Below are positions 14,201 to 28,500 of a stretch of 33,000 bases of DNA, in pieces. The stretch is taken from NCBI GenBank assembly GCA_964016885.1, contig CAXHJY010000712.1, forward strand, positions 1-33,000, in the 5' to 3' direction. The notes beneath the pieces are model-generated. The model made no database searches and was not told where the DNA came from. It saw only the letters and a program-made list of their open reading frames with translations. This stretch comes from Eledone cirrhosa. Its lineage: Eukaryota. Within the stretch, counting starts at the first letter, position 1; each line of letters opens with the position of its first letter. The position numbers and the translations under genes are program-made.

Positions 14201-14630
14201 CCCCCAAAACTTCGTTCTTCAGCAAGCTATCTTTCTCTACCTTGTCTTCCCACAAAACGTCGTTCTTCACCAAGCTATCTTTCTCTACCTTGTCTTCCCT
14301 CAAAACGTCGTGCTTCACCAAGCTATCTTTCTCTACCTTGTCTTCCCTCAAAACATCGTTCTTCACCAAGCTATCTTTCTCTACCTTGTCTTCTCCCAAA
14401 ACTTCGTTATTCACCAAGCTATCTTTCTCTACCTTGTCTTCCATCAAAACTTCGTTCTTCACCAAGCTATCTTTCACTACCTTGTCTTCCCCCAAAACTT
14501 CGTTCTTCACCAAGCTATCTTTCTCTACCTTGTCTTCCCCCAAAACTTCGTTCTTCACCAAGCTATCTTTCTCTACCTTGTCTTCCCTCAAAACTTCGTT
14601 CTTCACCAAGCTATCTTTCTCTACCTTGTC
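8745..14630. repeat. Near-tandem duplication at offset 2971 bp (62 monomers): about 8745-11660 repeated at about 11716-14630
   Basis: ORF pairs 8966/11937, 9829/12800, 10500/13471 and 11171/14142, and the cagaac variant at 8793/11764. A few private SNPs occur near 11771, 12616 and 13520. Confidence 0.88.
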
Positions 14631-17600
14631 TTCCCCCAAAACTTCGTTCTTCACCAAGCTATCTTTCTCTACCTTGTCTTCTCCCAAAACTTCGTTATTC
14701 ACCAAGCTATCTTTCTCTACCTTGTCTTCCATCAAAACTTCGTTCTTCACCAAGCTATCTCTCTCTACCTTGCCTTCCCCCAAAACTTCGTTCTTCACCA
14801 AGTCATCTTTCTCTACCTTGTCATCCCTCAAAACTTTGTTCTTCACCAATCTATCTTTCTCTACCTTGTCTTCCCCCAAAACTTCGTTCTTCACCAAGCT
14901 ATCTTTCTCTACCTTGTCTTCCCTCAAAACATCGTTCTTCACCAAGCTATCTTTCTCTACCTTGTCTTCTCCCAAAACTTCGTTATTCACCTTGCTATCT
15001 TTCTCTACCTTGTCTTCCCTCAAAACTTCGTTCTTCACCAAGCTATCTTTCACTACCTTGTCTTCCCCAAAACTTCGTTCTTCACCAAGCTATCTTTCTC
15101 TACCTTGTCTTACCCCAAAACTTCGTTCTTCACCAAGCTATCTTTCTCTACCTTGTCTTCCCTCAAAACTTCGTTCTTCACCAAGCTATCTTTCTCTACC
15201 TTGTCTTCCCCCAAAACTTCGTTCTTCACCAAGCTATCTTTCTCTACCTTGTCTTCTCCCAAAACTTCGTTATTCACCAAGCCATCTTTCTCTACCTTGT
15301 CTTCCCTCAAAACTTCGTTCTTCACCAAGCTATCTTTCTCTACCTTGTCTTCCCCCAAAACTTCGTTCTTCACCAAGTCATCTTTCTCTACCTTGTCATC
15401 CCTCAAAACTTTGTTCTTCACCAATCTATCTTTCTCTACCTTGTCTTCCCCCAAAACTTCGTTCTTCACCAAGCTATCTTTCTCTAGCTTGTCTTCACAC
15501 AAAACTTCGTTCTTCACCAAGCTATCTTTCTCTACCTTGTCTTCCCACAAAACTTCGTTCTTCACCAAGCTATCTTTCTCTACCTTGTCTTCCCTCAGAA
15601 CTTCGTTCTTCACCAAGCTATCTTTCTCTACGTTGTCTTCCCCCAAAACTTCGTTCTTCACCAAGCTATCTTTCTCTACATTGTCTTCCCCAAAACTTCG
15701 TTCTTCACCAAGCTATCTTTCACGACCTTGTCTTCCCTCAAAACGTCGTTCTTCACCAAGCTATCTTTCTCTACCTTGTCTTCCCCCAAACTTCGTTCTT
15801 CACCAAGCTATCTTTCTCTACCTTGTCTTCCCCCAAAACTTCGTTCTTCACCAAGCTATCTTTCTCTACCTCGTCTTCCCTCAAAACTTTGTTCTTCACC
15901 AAGCTATCTTTCTCTACCTTGTCTTCCCCCAAAACTTCGTTCTTCACCAAGCTATCTTTCTCTACCTTGTCTTCCCGCAAAACTTCGTTCTTCACCAAGC
16001 TATCTTTCTCTACCTTGTCTTCCCTCAAAACGTCGTTCTTCACCAAGCTATCTTTCTCTACCTTGTCTTCCCCCAAAACTTCGTTCTTCACCAAGCTATC
16101 TTTCTCTACCTTGTCTTCCCCCAAAACTTCGTTCTTCACCAAGCTATATTTCTCTACCTCGTCTTCCCTCAAAACTTCGTTCTTCACCAAGCTATCTTTC
16201 TCTACCTTGTCTTCCCCTAAAACTTCGTTCTTCACCAAGCTATCTTTCTCTACCTTGTCTTCCCCCAAAACTTCGTTCTTCACCAAGCTATCTTTCTCTA
16301 CCTTGTCTTCCCCCAAAACTTCGTTCTTCACCAAGCTATCTTTCTCTACCTTGTCTTCCCTCAAAACGTCGTTCTTCACCAAGCTATCTTTCTCTACCTT
16401 GTCTTCCCCCAAAACTTCGTTCTTCACCAAGCTATCTTTCTCTACCTCGTCTTCCCTCAAAACTTCGTTCTTCACCAAGCTATCTTTCTCTACCTTGTCT
16501 TCCCACAAAACGTCATTCTTCAACAAGCTATCTTTCTCTAACTTGTCTTCCCTCAAAACGTCGTTCTTCACCAAGCTATCTTTCTCTACCTTGTCTTCCC
16601 CCAAAACTTCGTTCTTCACCAAGCTATCTTTCTCTACCTTGTCTTCCCCCAAAACTTCGTTCTTCGCAAGCTATCTTTCTCTACCTTGTCTTCCCCCAAA
16701 ACTTCGTTCTTCAGCAAGCTATCTTTCTCTACCTTGTCTTCCCACAAAACGTCGTTCTTCACCAAGCTATCTTTCTCTACCTTGTCTTCCCTCAAAACGT
16801 CGTGCTTCACCAAGCTATCTTTCTCTACCTTGTCTTCCCTCAAAACATCGTTCTTCACCAAGCTATCTTTCTCTACCTTGTCTTCTCCCAAAACTTCGTT
16901 ATTCACCAAGCTATCTTTCTCTACCTTGTCTTCCCTCAAAACTTCGTTCTTCACCAAGCTATCTTTCACTACCTTGTCTTCCCCCAAAACTTCGTTCTTC
17001 ACCAAGCTATCTTTCTCTACCTTGTCTTCCCCCAAAACTTCGTTCTTCACCAAGCTATCTTTCTCTACCTTGTCTTCCCTCAAAACTTTGTTCTTCACCA
17101 AGCTATCTTTCTCTACCTTGTCTTCCCCCAAAACTTCGTTCTTCACCAAGCTATCTTTCTCTACCTTGTCTTCTCCCAAAACTTCGTTATTCACCAAGCT
17201 ATCTTTCTCTACCTTGTCTTCCATCAAAACTTCGTTCTTCACCAAGCTATCTTTCTCTACCTTGTCTTCCCCCAAAACTTCGTTCTTCACCAAGCTATCT
17301 TTCTCTACATTGTCTTCCCCAAAACTTCGTTCTTAACCAAGCTATCTTTCACGACCTTGTCTTCCCTCAAAACGTCGTTCTTCACCAAGCTATCTTTCTC
17401 TCCTTTGTCTTCCCCCAAAACTTCGTTCTTCACCAAGCTATCTTTCTCTACCTTGTCTTCCCCCAAAACTTCGTTCTTCACCAAGCTATCTTTCTCTACC
17501 TCGTCTTCCCTCAAAACTTCGTTCTTCACTAAGCTATCTTTCTCTACCTTGTCTTCCCCTAAAACTTCGTTCTTCACCAAGCTATCTTTCTCTACCTTGT

Positions 17601-18745
17601 CTTCCCCCAAAACTTCGTTCTTCACCAAGCTATCTTTCTCTACCTTGTCTTCCCCCAAAACTTCGTTCTTCACCAAGCTATCTTTCTCTACCTCGTCTTC
17701 CCTCAAAACGTCGTTCTTCACCAAGCTATCTTTCTCTACCTTGTCTTCCCCCAAAACTTCGTTCTTCACCAAGCTATCTTTCTCTACCTCGTCTTCCCTC
17801 AAAACTTCGTTCTTCACCAAGCTATCTTTCTCTACCTTGTCTTCCCACAAAACGTCATTCTTCACCAAGCTATCTTTCTCTAACTTGTCTTCCCTCAAAA
17901 CGTCGTTCTTCACCAAGCTATCTTTCTCTACCTTGTCTTCCCCCAAAACTTCGTTCTTCACCAAGCTATCTTTCTCTACCTTGTCTTCCCCCAAAACTTC
18001 GTTCTTCGCAAGCTATCTTTCTCTACCTTGTCTTCCCCCAAAACTTCGTTCTTCAGCAAGCTATCTTTCTCTACCTTGTCTTCCCACAAAACGTCGTTCT
18101 TCACCAAGCTATCTTTCTCTACCTTGTCTTCCCTCAAAACGTCGTGCTTCACCAAGCTATCTTTCTCTACCTTGTCTTCCCTCAAAACATCGTTCTTCAC
18201 CAAGCTATCTTTCTCTACCTTGTCTTCTCCCAAAACTTCGTTATTCACCAAGCTATCTTTCTCTACCTTGTCTTCCATCAAAACTTCGTTCTTCACCAAG
18301 CTATCTTTCACTACCTTGTCTTCCCCCAAAATTTCGTTCTTCACCAAGCTATCTTTCTCTACCTTGTCTTCCCCCAAAACTTCGTTCTTCACCAAGCTAT
18401 CTTTCTCTACCTTGTCTTCCCTCAAAACTTCGTTCTTCACCAAGCTATCTTTCTCTACCTTGTCTTCCCCCAAAACTTCGTTCTTCACCAAGCTATCTTT
18501 CTCTACCTTGTCTTCTCCCAAAACTTCGTTATTCACCAAGCTATCTTTCTCTACCTTGTCTTCCATCAAAACTTCGTTCTTCACCAAGCTATCTTTCTCT
18601 ACCTTGCCTTCCCCCAAAACTTCGTTCTTCACCAAGTCATCTTTCTCTACCTTGTCATCCCTCAAAACTTTGTTCTTCACCAATCTATCTTTCTCTACCT
18701 TGTCTTCCCCCAAAACTTCGTTCTTCACCAAGCTATCTTTCTCTA
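11716..18745. repeat. Duplication at offset 3834 bp (80 monomers): about 11716-14910 repeated at about 15550-18745; the intervening 14910-15550 copies about 8105-8745
   Basis: ORF pairs 11937/15771, 12800/16634, 13471/17305 and 14142/17976. The caccttgcta and gccatc variants near 14991 and 15282 match those near 8186 and 8477 (offset 6805). Confidence 0.85.
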
Positions 18746-21700
18746 GCTTGTCTTCACACAAAACTTCGTTCTTCACCAAGCTATCTTTCTCTACCTTGTC
18801 TTCCCACAAAACGTCATTCTTCACCAAGCTATCTTTCTCTACCTTGTCTTCCGTCAAAACTTCGTTCTTCACCAAGATATCTTTCTCTACCTTGTCTCCT
18901 CCCAAAACTTCGTTCTTCACCAAGCTATCTTTCTCTACCTTGTCTTCCCTCAGAACTTCGTTCTTCACCAAGCTATCTTTCTCTACCTTGTCTTCCCCCA
19001 AAACTTCGTTCTTCACCAAGCTATCTTTCTCTACATTGTCTTCCCCAAAACTTCGTTCTTCACCAAGCTATCTTTCACGACCTTGTCTTCCCTCAAAACG
19101 TCGTTCTTCACCAAGCTATCTTTCTCTACCTTGTCTTCCCCCAAACTTCGTTCTTCACCAAGCTATCTTTCTCTACCTTGTCTTCCCCCAAAACTTCGTT
19201 CTTCACCAAGCTATCTTTCTCTACCTCGTCTTCCCTCAAAACTTTGTTCTTCACCAAGCTATCTTTCTCTACCTTGTCTTCCCCCAAAACTTCGTTCTTC
19301 ACCAAGCTATCTTTCTCTACATTGTCTTCCCCAAAACTTCGTTCTTCACCAAGCTATCTTTCACGACCTTGTCTTCCCTCAAAACGTCGTTCTTCACCAA
19401 GCTATCTTTCTCTACCTTGTCTTCCCCCAAACTTCGTTCTTCACCAAGCTATCTTTCTCTACCTTGTCTTCCCCCAAAACTTCGTTCTTCACCAAGCTAT
19501 CTTTCTCTACCTCGTCTTCCCTCAAAACTTTGTTCTTCACCAAGCTATCTTTCTCTACCTTGTCTTCCCCCAAAACTTCGTTCTTCACCAAGCTATCTTT
19601 CTCTACCTTGTCTTCCCTCAAAACGTCGTTCTTCACCAAGCTATCTTTCTCTACCTTGTCTTCCCCCAAAACTTCGTTCTTCACCAAGCTATCTTTCTCT
19701 ACCTTGTCTTCCCCCAAAACTTCGTTCTTCACCAAGCTATCTTTCTCTACCTCGTCTTCCCTCAAAACTTCGTTCTTCACCAAGCTATCTTTCTCTACCT
19801 TGTCTTCCCCCAAAACTTCGTTCTTCACCAAGTCATCTTTCTCTATCTTGTCTTCCCACAAAACGTCATTCTTCACCAAGCTATCTTTCTCTACCTTGTC
19901 TTCCCCCAAACTTCGTTCTTCACCAAGCTATCTTTCTCTACCTTGTCTTCCCCCAAAACTTCGTTCTTCACCAAGCTATCTTTCTCTACCTCGTCTTCCC
20001 TCAAAACTTTGTTCTTCACCAAGCTATCTTTCTCTACCTCGTCTTCCCTCAAAACTTCGTTCTTCACCAAGCTATCTTTCTCTACCTTGTCTTCCCCTAA
20101 AACTTCGTTCTTCACCAAGCTATCTTTCTCTACCTTGTCTTCCCCCAAAACTTCGTTCTTCACCAAGCTATCTTTCTCTACCTTGTCTTCCCCCAAAACT
20201 TCGTTCTTCACCAAGCTATCTTTCTCTACCTTGTCTTCCCTCAAAACATCGTTCTTCACCAAGCTATCTTTCTCTACCTTGTCTTCTCCCAAAACTTCGT
20301 TATTCACCAAGCTATCTTTCTCTACCTTGTCTTCCCTCAAAACTTCGTTCTTCACCAAGCTATCTTTCACTACCTTGTCTTCCCCCAAAACTTCGTTCTT
20401 CACCAAGCTATCTTTCTCTACCTTGTCTTCCCCCAAAACTTCGTTCTTCACCAAGCTATCTTTCTCTACCTTGTCTTCCCTCAAAACTTTGTTCTTCACC
20501 AAGCTATCTTTCTCTACCTTGTCTTCCCCCAAAACTTCGTTCTTCACCAAGCAATCTTTCTCTACCTTGTCTTCTCCCAAAACTTCGTTATTCACCAAGC
20601 TATCTTTCTCTACCTTGTCTTCCATCAAAACTTCGTTCTTCACCAAGCTATCTTTCTCTACCTTGTCTTCCCCCAAAACTTCGTTCTTCACCAAGCTATC
20701 TTTCTCTACATTGTCTTCCCCAAAACTTCGTTCTTAACCAAGCTATCTTTCACGACCTTGTCTTCCCTCAAAACGTCGTTCTTCACCAAGCTATCTTTCT
20801 CTCCTTTGTCTTCCCCCAAAACTTCGTTCTTCACCAAGCTATCTTTCTATACCTTGTCTTCCCCCAAAACTTCGTTCTTCACCAAGCTATCTTTCTCTAC
20901 CTCGTCTTCCCTCAAAACTTCGTTCTTCACTAAGCTATCTTTCTCTACCTTGTCTTCCCCTAAAACTTCGTTCTTCACCAAGCTATCTTTCTCTACCTTG
21001 TCTTCCCCCAAAACTTCGTTCTTCACCAAGCTATCTTTCTCTACCTTGTCTTCTCCCAAAACTTCGTTATTCACCAAGCTATCTTTCTCTACCTTGTCTT
21101 CCATCAAAACTTCGTTCTTCACCAAGCTATCTTTCTCTACCTTGCCTTCCCCCAAAACTTCGTTCTTCACCAAGCTATCTTTCTCTACCTCGTCTTCCCT
21201 CAAAACTTTGTTCTTCACCAAGCTATCTTTCTCTACCTTGTCTTCCCCCAAAACTTCGTTCTTCACCAAGCTATCTTTCTCTACATTGTCTTCCCCAAAA
21301 CTTCGTTCTTCACCAAGCTATCTTTCACGACCTTGTCTTCCCTCAAAACGTCGTTCTTCACCAAGCTATCTTTCTCTACCTTGTCTTCCCCCAAACTTCG
21401 TTCTTCACCAAGCTATCTTTCTCTACCTTGTCTTCCCCCAAAACTTCGTTCTTCACCAAGCTATCTTTCTCTACCTCGTCTTCCCTCAAAACTTTGTTCT
21501 TCACCAAGCTATCTTTCTCTACCTTGTCTTCCCCCAAAACTTCGTTCTTCACCAAGCTATCTTTCTCTACCTTGTCTTCCCTCAAAACGTCGTTCTTCAC
21601 CAAGCTATCTTTCTCTACCTTGTCTTCCCCCAAAACTTCGTTCTTCACCAAGCTATCTTTCTCTACCTTGTCTTCCCCCAAAACTTCGTTCTTCACCAAG

Positions 21701-24700
21701 CTATCTTTCTCTACCTCGTCTTCCCTCAAAACTTCGTTCTTCACCAAGCTATCTTTCTCTACCTTGTCTTCCCCCAAAACTTCGTTCTTCACCAAGTCAT
21801 CTTTCTCTATCTTGTCTTCCCACAAAACGTCATTCTTCACCAAGCTATCTTTCTCTACCTTGTCTTCCCCCAAACTTCGTTCTTCACCAAGCTATCTTTC
21901 TCTACCTTGTCTTCCCCCAAAACTTCGTTCTTCACCAAGCTATCTTTCTCTACCTCGTCTTCCCTCAAAACTTTGTTCTTCACCAAGCTATCTTTCTCTA
22001 CCTCGTCTTCCCTCAAAACTTCGTTCTTCACCAAGCTATCTTTCTCTACCTTGTCTTCCCCTAAAACTTCGTTCTTCACCAAGCTATCTTTCTCTACCTT
22101 GTCTTCCCCGAAAACTTCGTTCTTCACCAAGCTATCTTTCTCTACCTTGTCTTCCCCCAAAACTTCGTTCTTCACCAAGCTATCTTTCTCTACCTTGTCT
22201 TCCCTCAAAACATCGTTCTTCACCAAGCTATCTTTCTCTACCTTGTCTTCTCCCAAAACTTCGTTATTCACCAAGCTATCTTTCTCTACCTTGTCTTCCC
22301 TCAAAACTTCGTTCTTCACCAAGCTATCTTTCACTACCTTGTCTTCCCCCAAAACTTCGTTCTTCACCAAGCTATCTTTCTCTACCTTGTCTTCCCCCAA
22401 AACTTCGTTCTTCACCAAGCTATCTTTCTCTACCTTGTCTTCCCTCAAAACTTTGTTCTTCACCAAGCTATCTTTCTCTACCTTGTCTTCCCCCAAAACT
22501 TCGTTCTTCACCAAGCAATCTTTCTCTACCTTGTCTTCTCCCAAAACTTCGTTATTCACCAAGCTATCTTTCTCTACCTTGTCTTCCATCAAAACTTCGT
22601 TCTTCACCAAGCTATCTTTCTCTACCTTGTCTTCCCCCAAAACTTCGTTCTTCACCAAGCTATCTTTCTCTACATTGTCTTCCCCAAAACTTCGTTCTTA
22701 ACCAAGCTATCTTTCACGACCTTGTCTTCCCTCAAAACGTCGTTCTTCACCAAGCTATCTTTCTCTCCTTTGTCTTCCCCCAAAACTTCGTTCTTCACCA
22801 AGCTATCTTTCTCTACCTTGTCTTCCCCCAAAACTTCGTTCTTCACCAAGCTATCTTTCTCTACCTCGTCTTCCCTCAAAACTTCGTTCTTCACTAAGCT
22901 ATCTTTCTCTACCTTGTCTTCCCCTAAAACTTCGTTCTTCACCAAGCTATCTTTCTCTACCTTGTCTTCCCCCAAAACTTCGTTCTTCACCAAGCTATCT
23001 TTCTCTACCTTGTCTTCTCCCAAAACTTCGTTATTCACCAAGCTATCTTTCTCTACCTTGTCTTCCATCAAAACTTCGTTCTTCACCAAGCTATCTTTCT
23101 CTACCTTGCCTTCCCCCAAAACTTCGTTCTTCACCAAGTCATCTTTCTCTACCTTGTCATCCCTCAAAACTTTGTTCTTCACCAATCTATCTTTCTCTAC
23201 CTTGTCTTCCCCCAAAACTTCGTTCTTCACCAAGCTATCTTTCTCTAGCTTGTCTTCACACAAAACTTCGTTCTTCACCAAGCTATCTTTCTCTACCTTG
23301 TCTTCCCACAAAACGTCATTCTTCACCAAGCTATCTTTCTCTACCTTGTCTTCCGTCAAAACTTCGTTCTTCACCAAGATATCTTTCTCTACCTTGTCTC
23401 CTCCCAAAACTTCGTTCTTCACCAAGCTATCTTTCTCTACCTTGTCTTCCCTCAGAACTTCGTTCTTCACCAAGCTATCTTTCTCTACCTTGTCTTCCCC
23501 CAAAACTTCGTTCTTCACCAAGCTATCTTTCTCTACATTGTCTTCCCCAAAACTTCGTTCTTCACCAAGCTATCTTTCACGACCTTGTCTTCCCTCAAAA
23601 CGTCGTTCTTCACCAAGCTATCTTTCTCTACCTTGTCTTCCCCCAAACTTCGTTCTTCACCAAGCTATCTTTCTCTACCTTGTCTTCCCCCAAAACTTCG
23701 TTCTTCACCAAGCTATCTTTCTCTACCTCGTCTTCCCTCAAAACTTTGTTCTTCACCAAGCTATCTTTCTCTACCTTGTCTTCCCCCAAAACTTCGTTCT
23801 TCACCAAGCTATCTTTCTCTACATTGTCTTCCCCAAAACTTCGTTCTTCACCAAGCTATCTTTCACGACCTTGTCTTCCCTCAAAACGTCGTTCTTCACC
23901 AAGCTATCTTTCTCTACCTTGTCTTCCCCCAAACTTCGTTCTTCACCAAGCTATCTTTCTCTACCTTGTCTTCCCCCAAAACTTCGTTCTTCACCAAGCT
24001 ATCTTTCTCTACCTCGTCTTCCCTCAAAACTTTGTTCTTCACCAAGCTATCATTCTCTACCTTGTCTTCCCCCAAAACTTCGTTCTTCACCAAGCTATCT
24101 TTCTCTACCTTGTCTTCCCTCAAAACGTCGTTCTTCACCAAGCTATCTTTCTCTACCTTGTCTTCCCCCAAAACTTCGTTCTTCACCAAGCTATCTTTCT
24201 CTACCTTGTCTTCCCCCAAAACTTCGTTCTTCACCAAGCTATCTTTCTCTACCTCGTCTTCCCTCAAAACTTCGTTCTTCACCAAGCTATCTTTCTCTAC
24301 CTTGTCTTCCCCCAAAACTTCGTTCTTCACCAAGTCATCTTTCTCTACCTTGTCTTCCCACAAAACGTCATTCTTCACCAAGCTATCTTTCTCTACCTTG
24401 TCTTCCCCCAAACTTCGTTCTTCACCAAGCTATCTTTCTCTACCTTGTCTTCCCCCAAAACTTCGTTCTTCACCAAGCTATCTTTCTCTACCTCGTCTTC
24501 CCTCAAAACTTTGTTCTTCACCAAGCTATCTTTCTCTACCTCGTCTTCCCTCAAAACTTCGTTCTTCACCAAGCTATCTTTCTCTACCTTGTCTTCCCCT
24601 AAAACTTCGTTCTTCACCAAGCTATCTTTCTCTACCTTGTCTTCCCCCAAAACTTCGTTCTTCACCAAGCTATCTTTCTCTACCTTGTCTTCCCCCAAAA

Positions 24701-25540
24701 CTTCGTTCTTCACCAAGCTATCTTTCTCTACCTTGTCTTCCCTCAAAACATCGTTCTTCACCAAGCTATCTTTCTCTACCTTGTCTTCTCCCAAAACTTC
24801 GTTATTCACCAAGCTATCTTTCTCTACCTTGTCTTCCCTCAAAACTTCGTTCTTCACCAAGCTATCTTTCACTACCTTGTCTTCCCCCAAAACTTCGTTC
24901 TTCACCAAGCTATCTTTCTCTACCTTGTCTTCCCCCAAAACTTCGTTCTTCACCAAGCTATCTTTCTCTACCTTGTCTTCCCTCAAAACTTTGTTCTTCA
25001 CCAAGCTATCTTTCTCTACCTTGTCTTCCCCCAAAACTTCGTTCTTCACCAAGCTATCTTTCTCTACCTTGTCTTCTCCCAAAACTTCGTTATTCACCAA
25101 GCTATCTTTCTCTACCTTGTCTTCCATCAAAACTTCGTTCTTCACCAAGCTATCTTTCTCTACCTTGTCTTCCCCCAAAACTTCGTTCTTCACCAAGCTA
25201 TCTTTCTCTACATTGTCTTCCCCAAAACTTCGTTCTTAACCAAGCTATCTTTCACGACCTTGTCTTCCCTCAAAACGTCGTTCTTCACCAAGCTATCTTT
25301 CTCTCCTTTGTCTTCCCCCAAAACTTCGTTCTTCACCAAGCTATCTTTCTCTACCTTGTCTTCCCCCAAAACTTCGTTCTTCACCAAGCTATCTTTCTCT
25401 ACCTCGTCTTCCCTCAAAACTTCGTTCTTCACTAAGCTATCTTTCTCTACCTTGTCTTCCCCTAAAACTTCGTTCTTCACCAAGCTATCTTTCTCTACCT
25501 TGTCTTCCCCCAAAACTTCGTTCTTCACCAAGCTATCTTT
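18430..25540. repeat. Block duplication at offset 4502 bp: about 18430-21040 repeated at about 22930-25540
   Basis: The 616-aa ORFs 19083..20933 and 23585..25435 are nearly identical. ORF pairs 19412/23914 and 19891/24393 share the same offset. Confidence 0.82.
19185..23135. repeat. Tandem duplication of a 1964-bp unit (41 monomers)
   Basis: ORF pairs 19412/21376 and 19891/21855. Variants are shared at the same offset: aagcaatc (about 20552/22516), ctatcttg (about 19846/21810) and cttgcc (21145/23109). Confidence 0.88.
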
Positions 25541-28500
25541 CTCTACCTTGTCTTCCCCCAAAACTTCGTTCTTCACCAAGCTATCTTTCTCTACCTTGTC
25601 TTCCCTCAAAACGTCGTTCTTCACCAAGCTATCTTTCTCTACCTTGTCTTCCCCCAAAACTTCGTTCTTCACCAAGCTATCTTTCTCTACCTCGTCTTCC
25701 CTCAAAACTTCGTTCTTCACCAAGCTATCTTTCTCTACCTTGTCTTCCCACAAAACGTCATTCTTCACCAAGCTATCTTTCTCTAACTTGTCTTCCCTCA
25801 AAACGTCGTTCTTCACCAAGCTATCTTTCTCTACCTTGTCTTCCCCCAAAACTTCGTTCTTCACCAAGCTATCTTTCTCTACCTTGTCTTCCCCCAAAAC
25901 TTCGTTCTTCGCAAGCTATCTTTCTCTACCTTGTCTTCCCCCAAAACTTCGTTCTTCAGCAAGCTATCTTTCTCTACCTTGTCTTCCCACAAAACGTCGT
26001 TCTTCACCAAGCTATCTTTCTCTACCTTGTCTTCCCTCAAAACGTCGTGCTTCACCAAGCTATCTTTCTCTACCTTGTCTTCCCTCAAAACATCGTTCTT
26101 CACCAAGCTATCTTTCTCTACCTTGTCTTCTCCCAAAACTTCGTTATTCACCAAGCTATCTTTCTCTACCTTGTCTTCCATCAAAACTTCGTTCTTCACC
26201 AAGCTATCTTTCACTACCTTGTCTTCCCCCAAAACTTCGTTCTTCACCAAGCTATCTTTCTCTACCTTGTCTTCCCCCAAAACTTCGTTCTTCACCAAGC
26301 TATCTTTCTCTACCTTGTCTTCCCTCAAAACTTCGTTCTTCACCAAGCTATCTTTCTCTACCTTGTCTTCCCCCAAAACTTCGTTCTTCACCAAGCTATC
26401 TTTCTCTACCTTGTCTTCTCCCAAAACTTCGTTATTCACCAAGCTATCTTTCTCTACCTTGTCTTCCATCAAAACTTCGTTCTTCACCAAGCTATCTTTC
26501 TCTACCTTGCCTTCCCCCAAAACTTCGTTCTTCACCAAGTCATCTTTCTCTACCTTGTCATCCCTCAAAACTTTGTTCTTCACCAATCTATCTTTCTCTA
26601 CCTTGTCTTCCCCCAAAACTTCGTTCTTCACCAAGCTATCTTTCTCTAGCTTGTCTTCACACAAAACTTCGTTCTTCACCAAGCTATCTTTCTCTACCTT
26701 GTCTTCCCACAAAACGTCATTCTTCACCAAGCTATCTTTCTCTACCTTGTCTTCCGTCAAAACTTCGTTCTTCACCAAGATATCTTTCTCTACCTTGTCT
26801 CCTCCCAAAACTTCGTTCTTCACCAAGCTATCTTTCTCTACCTTGTCTTCCCTCAGAACTTCGTTCTTCACCAAGCTATCTTTCTCTACCTTGTCTTCCC
26901 CCAAAACTTCGTTCTTCACCAAGCTATCTTTCTCTACATTGTCTTCCCCAAAACTTCGTTCTTCACCAAGCTATCTTTCACGACCTTGTCTTCCCTCAAA
27001 ACGTCGTTCTTCACCAAGCTATCTTTCTCTACCTTGTCTTCCCCCAAACTTCGTTCTTCACCAAGCTATCTTTCTCTACCTTGTCTTCCCCCAAAACTTC
27101 GTTCTTCACCAAGCTATCTTTCTCTACCTCGTCTTCCCTCAAAACTTTGTTCTTCACCAAGCTATCTTTCTCTACCTTGTCTTCCCCCAAAACTTCGTTC
27201 TTCACCAAGCTATCTTTCTCTACATTGTCTTCCCCAAAACTTCGTTCTTCACCAAGCTATCTTTCACGACCTTGTCTTCCCTCAAAACTTCGTTCTTCAC
27301 CAAGCTATCTTTCTCTACCTTGTCTTCCCCTAAAACTTCGTTCTTCACCAAGCTATCTTTCTCTACCTTGTCTTCCCCCAAAACTTCGTTCTTCACCAAG
27401 CTATCTTTCTCTACCTTGTCTTCCCCCAAAACTTCGTTCTTCACCAAGCTATCTTTCTCTACCTTGTCTTCCCTCAAAACATCGTTCTTCACCAAGCTAT
27501 CTTTCTCTACCTTGTCTTCTCCCAAAACTTCGTTATTCACCAAGCTATCTTTCTCTACCTTGTCTTCCCTCAAAACTTCGTTCTTCACCAAGCTATCTTT
27601 CACTACCTTGTCTTCCCCCAAAACTTCGTTCTTCACCAAGCTATCTTTCTCTACCTTGTCTTCCCCCAAAACTTCGTTCTTCACCAAGCTATCTTTCTCT
27701 ACCTTGTCTTCCCTCAAAACTTTGTTCTTCACCAAGCTATCTTTCTCTACCTTGTCTTCCCCCAAAACTTCGTTCTTCACCAAGCTATCTTTCTCTACCT
27801 TGTCTTCTCCCAAAACTTCGTTATTCACCAAGCTATCTTTCTCTACCTTGTCTTCCATCAAAACTTCGTTCTTCACCAAGCTATCTTTCTCTACCTTGTC
27901 TTCCCCCAAAACTTCGTTCTTCACCAAGCTATCTTTCTCTACATTGTCTTCCCCAAAACTTCGTTCTTAACCAAGCTATCTTTCACGACCTTGTCTTCCC
28001 TCAAAACGTCGTTCTTCACCAAGCTATCTTTCTCTCCTTTGTCTTCCCCCAAAACTTCGTTCTTCACCAAGCTATCTTTCTCTACCTTGTCTTCCCCCAA
28101 AACTTCGTTCTTCACCAAGCTATCTTTCTCTACCTCGTCTTCCCTCAAAACTTCGTTCTTCACTAAGCTATCTTTCTCTACCTTGTCTTCCCCTAAAACT
28201 TCGTTCTTCACCAAGCTATCTTTCTCTACCTTGTCTTCCCCCAAAACTTCGTTCTTCACCAAGCTATCTTTCTCTACCTTGTCTTCCCCCAAAACTTCGT
28301 TCTTCACCAAGCTATCTTTCTCTACCTTGTCTTCCCTCAAAACGTCGTTCTTCACCAAGCTATCTTTCTCTACCTTGTCTTCCCCCAAAACTTCGTTCTT
28401 CACCAAGCTATCTTTCTCTACCTCGTCTTCCCTCAAAACTTCGTTCTTCACCAAGCTATCTTTCTCTACCTTGTCTTCCCACAAAACGTCATTCTTCACC

